Shown here in pieces: positions 61,616-62,000 of a DNA stretch of 62,000 bases. The notes below the pieces were generated by a model, which was not told the origin of the DNA, searched no databases, and saw only the letters and a program-made list of their open reading frames with translations. The position numbers and the translations under genes are program-made. Source of the stretch: Wallemia ichthyophaga EXF-994 (Eukaryota; Fungi; Basidiomycota). The stretch is taken from assembly GCF_000400465.1 (NCBI RefSeq), contig NW_008806285.1, forward strand, positions 20,001 through 82,000. Reading direction: 5' to 3'. Within the stretch, counting starts at the first letter, position 1. Every line of letters begins with the position of its first letter.

Positions 61616-62000
61616 CTAAGAAAACAAAATAAGTAGAAGCGCTAGCAGCAGCGGCAGCAGCAGCAGCACGCTGAAAACAGCACCTTCAGTCAACATATAT
61701 ACGTCCTCATCTAGCGCTTTCGATCCGTTCACTGCATACGCTCCTGATATACAAATGAGCGTACACGCCACGCCGATGCTGAGCGATACGATCGATACGA
61801 TGCGAGTGGATATACTGCAGAACAACGAAGAAATAGCAGTGCTGCACTTGTCTATCACGCGCTTACCTCTATCGTGTAGTAAACGTGATGACCTCGTGGA
61901 GCAGGAGCTGGACATCCTCCCAAGCGATGCCAACATTCGCCTGTCTAACAAGAGTCCACTAGAGCTCGCATGTGGGAAAATGCCCCCCGTCAGTTACGTC
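61616..62000 (-). CDS. 3' end of an unidentified, probably membrane-protein gene running off the window
   Basis: Hydrophobic terminal ORF (IVSIVSLSIGVACTLICISGAY...VLLLLPLLLALLLILFS) and an intron-like GTAAGC..CTGCAG element; reading frame not resolved. Confidence 0.3.

Noticed and set aside
1-62000. tRNA, rRNA, CRISPR arrays, telomeric repeats
   Set aside because: None recognised by eye; small ncRNAs such as intronic snoRNAs cannot be excluded without tRNAscan/Infernal.

Overview
Gene-dense eukaryotic (fungal) chromosomal segment. Short introns (about 44-57 nt; GTGAGT/GTGGGT/GTTAGT/GTGCGT donors, CTAAC/CTGAC branch points), very short intergenic spacers and basidiomycete-type protein signatures suggest a compact basidiomycete genome such as Wallemia (inference, not verified). 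It carries about 27 intron-containing genes, mostly housekeeping, in this order: UFD2 (5'-truncated), a Fus1-like TM-SH3 protein, SLU7, DOM34, BIO2 plus a bifunctional bioDA gene, TANGO2/NRDE, SEN1, peroxisomal acyl-CoA thioesterase, SH3-RasGEF CDC25, TRR1, YPK1/Gad8, REV3, TSA1, TOR, KEI1, TMEM14, an eIF4E-family gene only partly visible in the ORF track, QNS1, an orphan membrane protein, an RnpA-like (RNR-motif) protein, GUS1, porin, a 7TM receptor-like protein, GPX, RmlD/MAT2B-like and ROT1. Two regions look decayed: an F-box island at about 4.3-6.2 kb and a divergent septin-like pseudogene at about 31.5-32.7 kb. I found no rRNA, tRNA, CRISPR or transposon. The most notable signals are (i) a nuclear-encoded protein with a bacterial RNase P protein RNR motif and a presequence-like N-terminus, 23 nt head-to-head with glutamyl-tRNA synthetase, (ii) the disabled septin, (iii) operon-like packing of bioDA-TANGO2-SEN1, and (iv) physical linkage of TOR, KEI1 and YPK1. 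Exon boundaries were deduced by eye from splice consensus and protein similarity.
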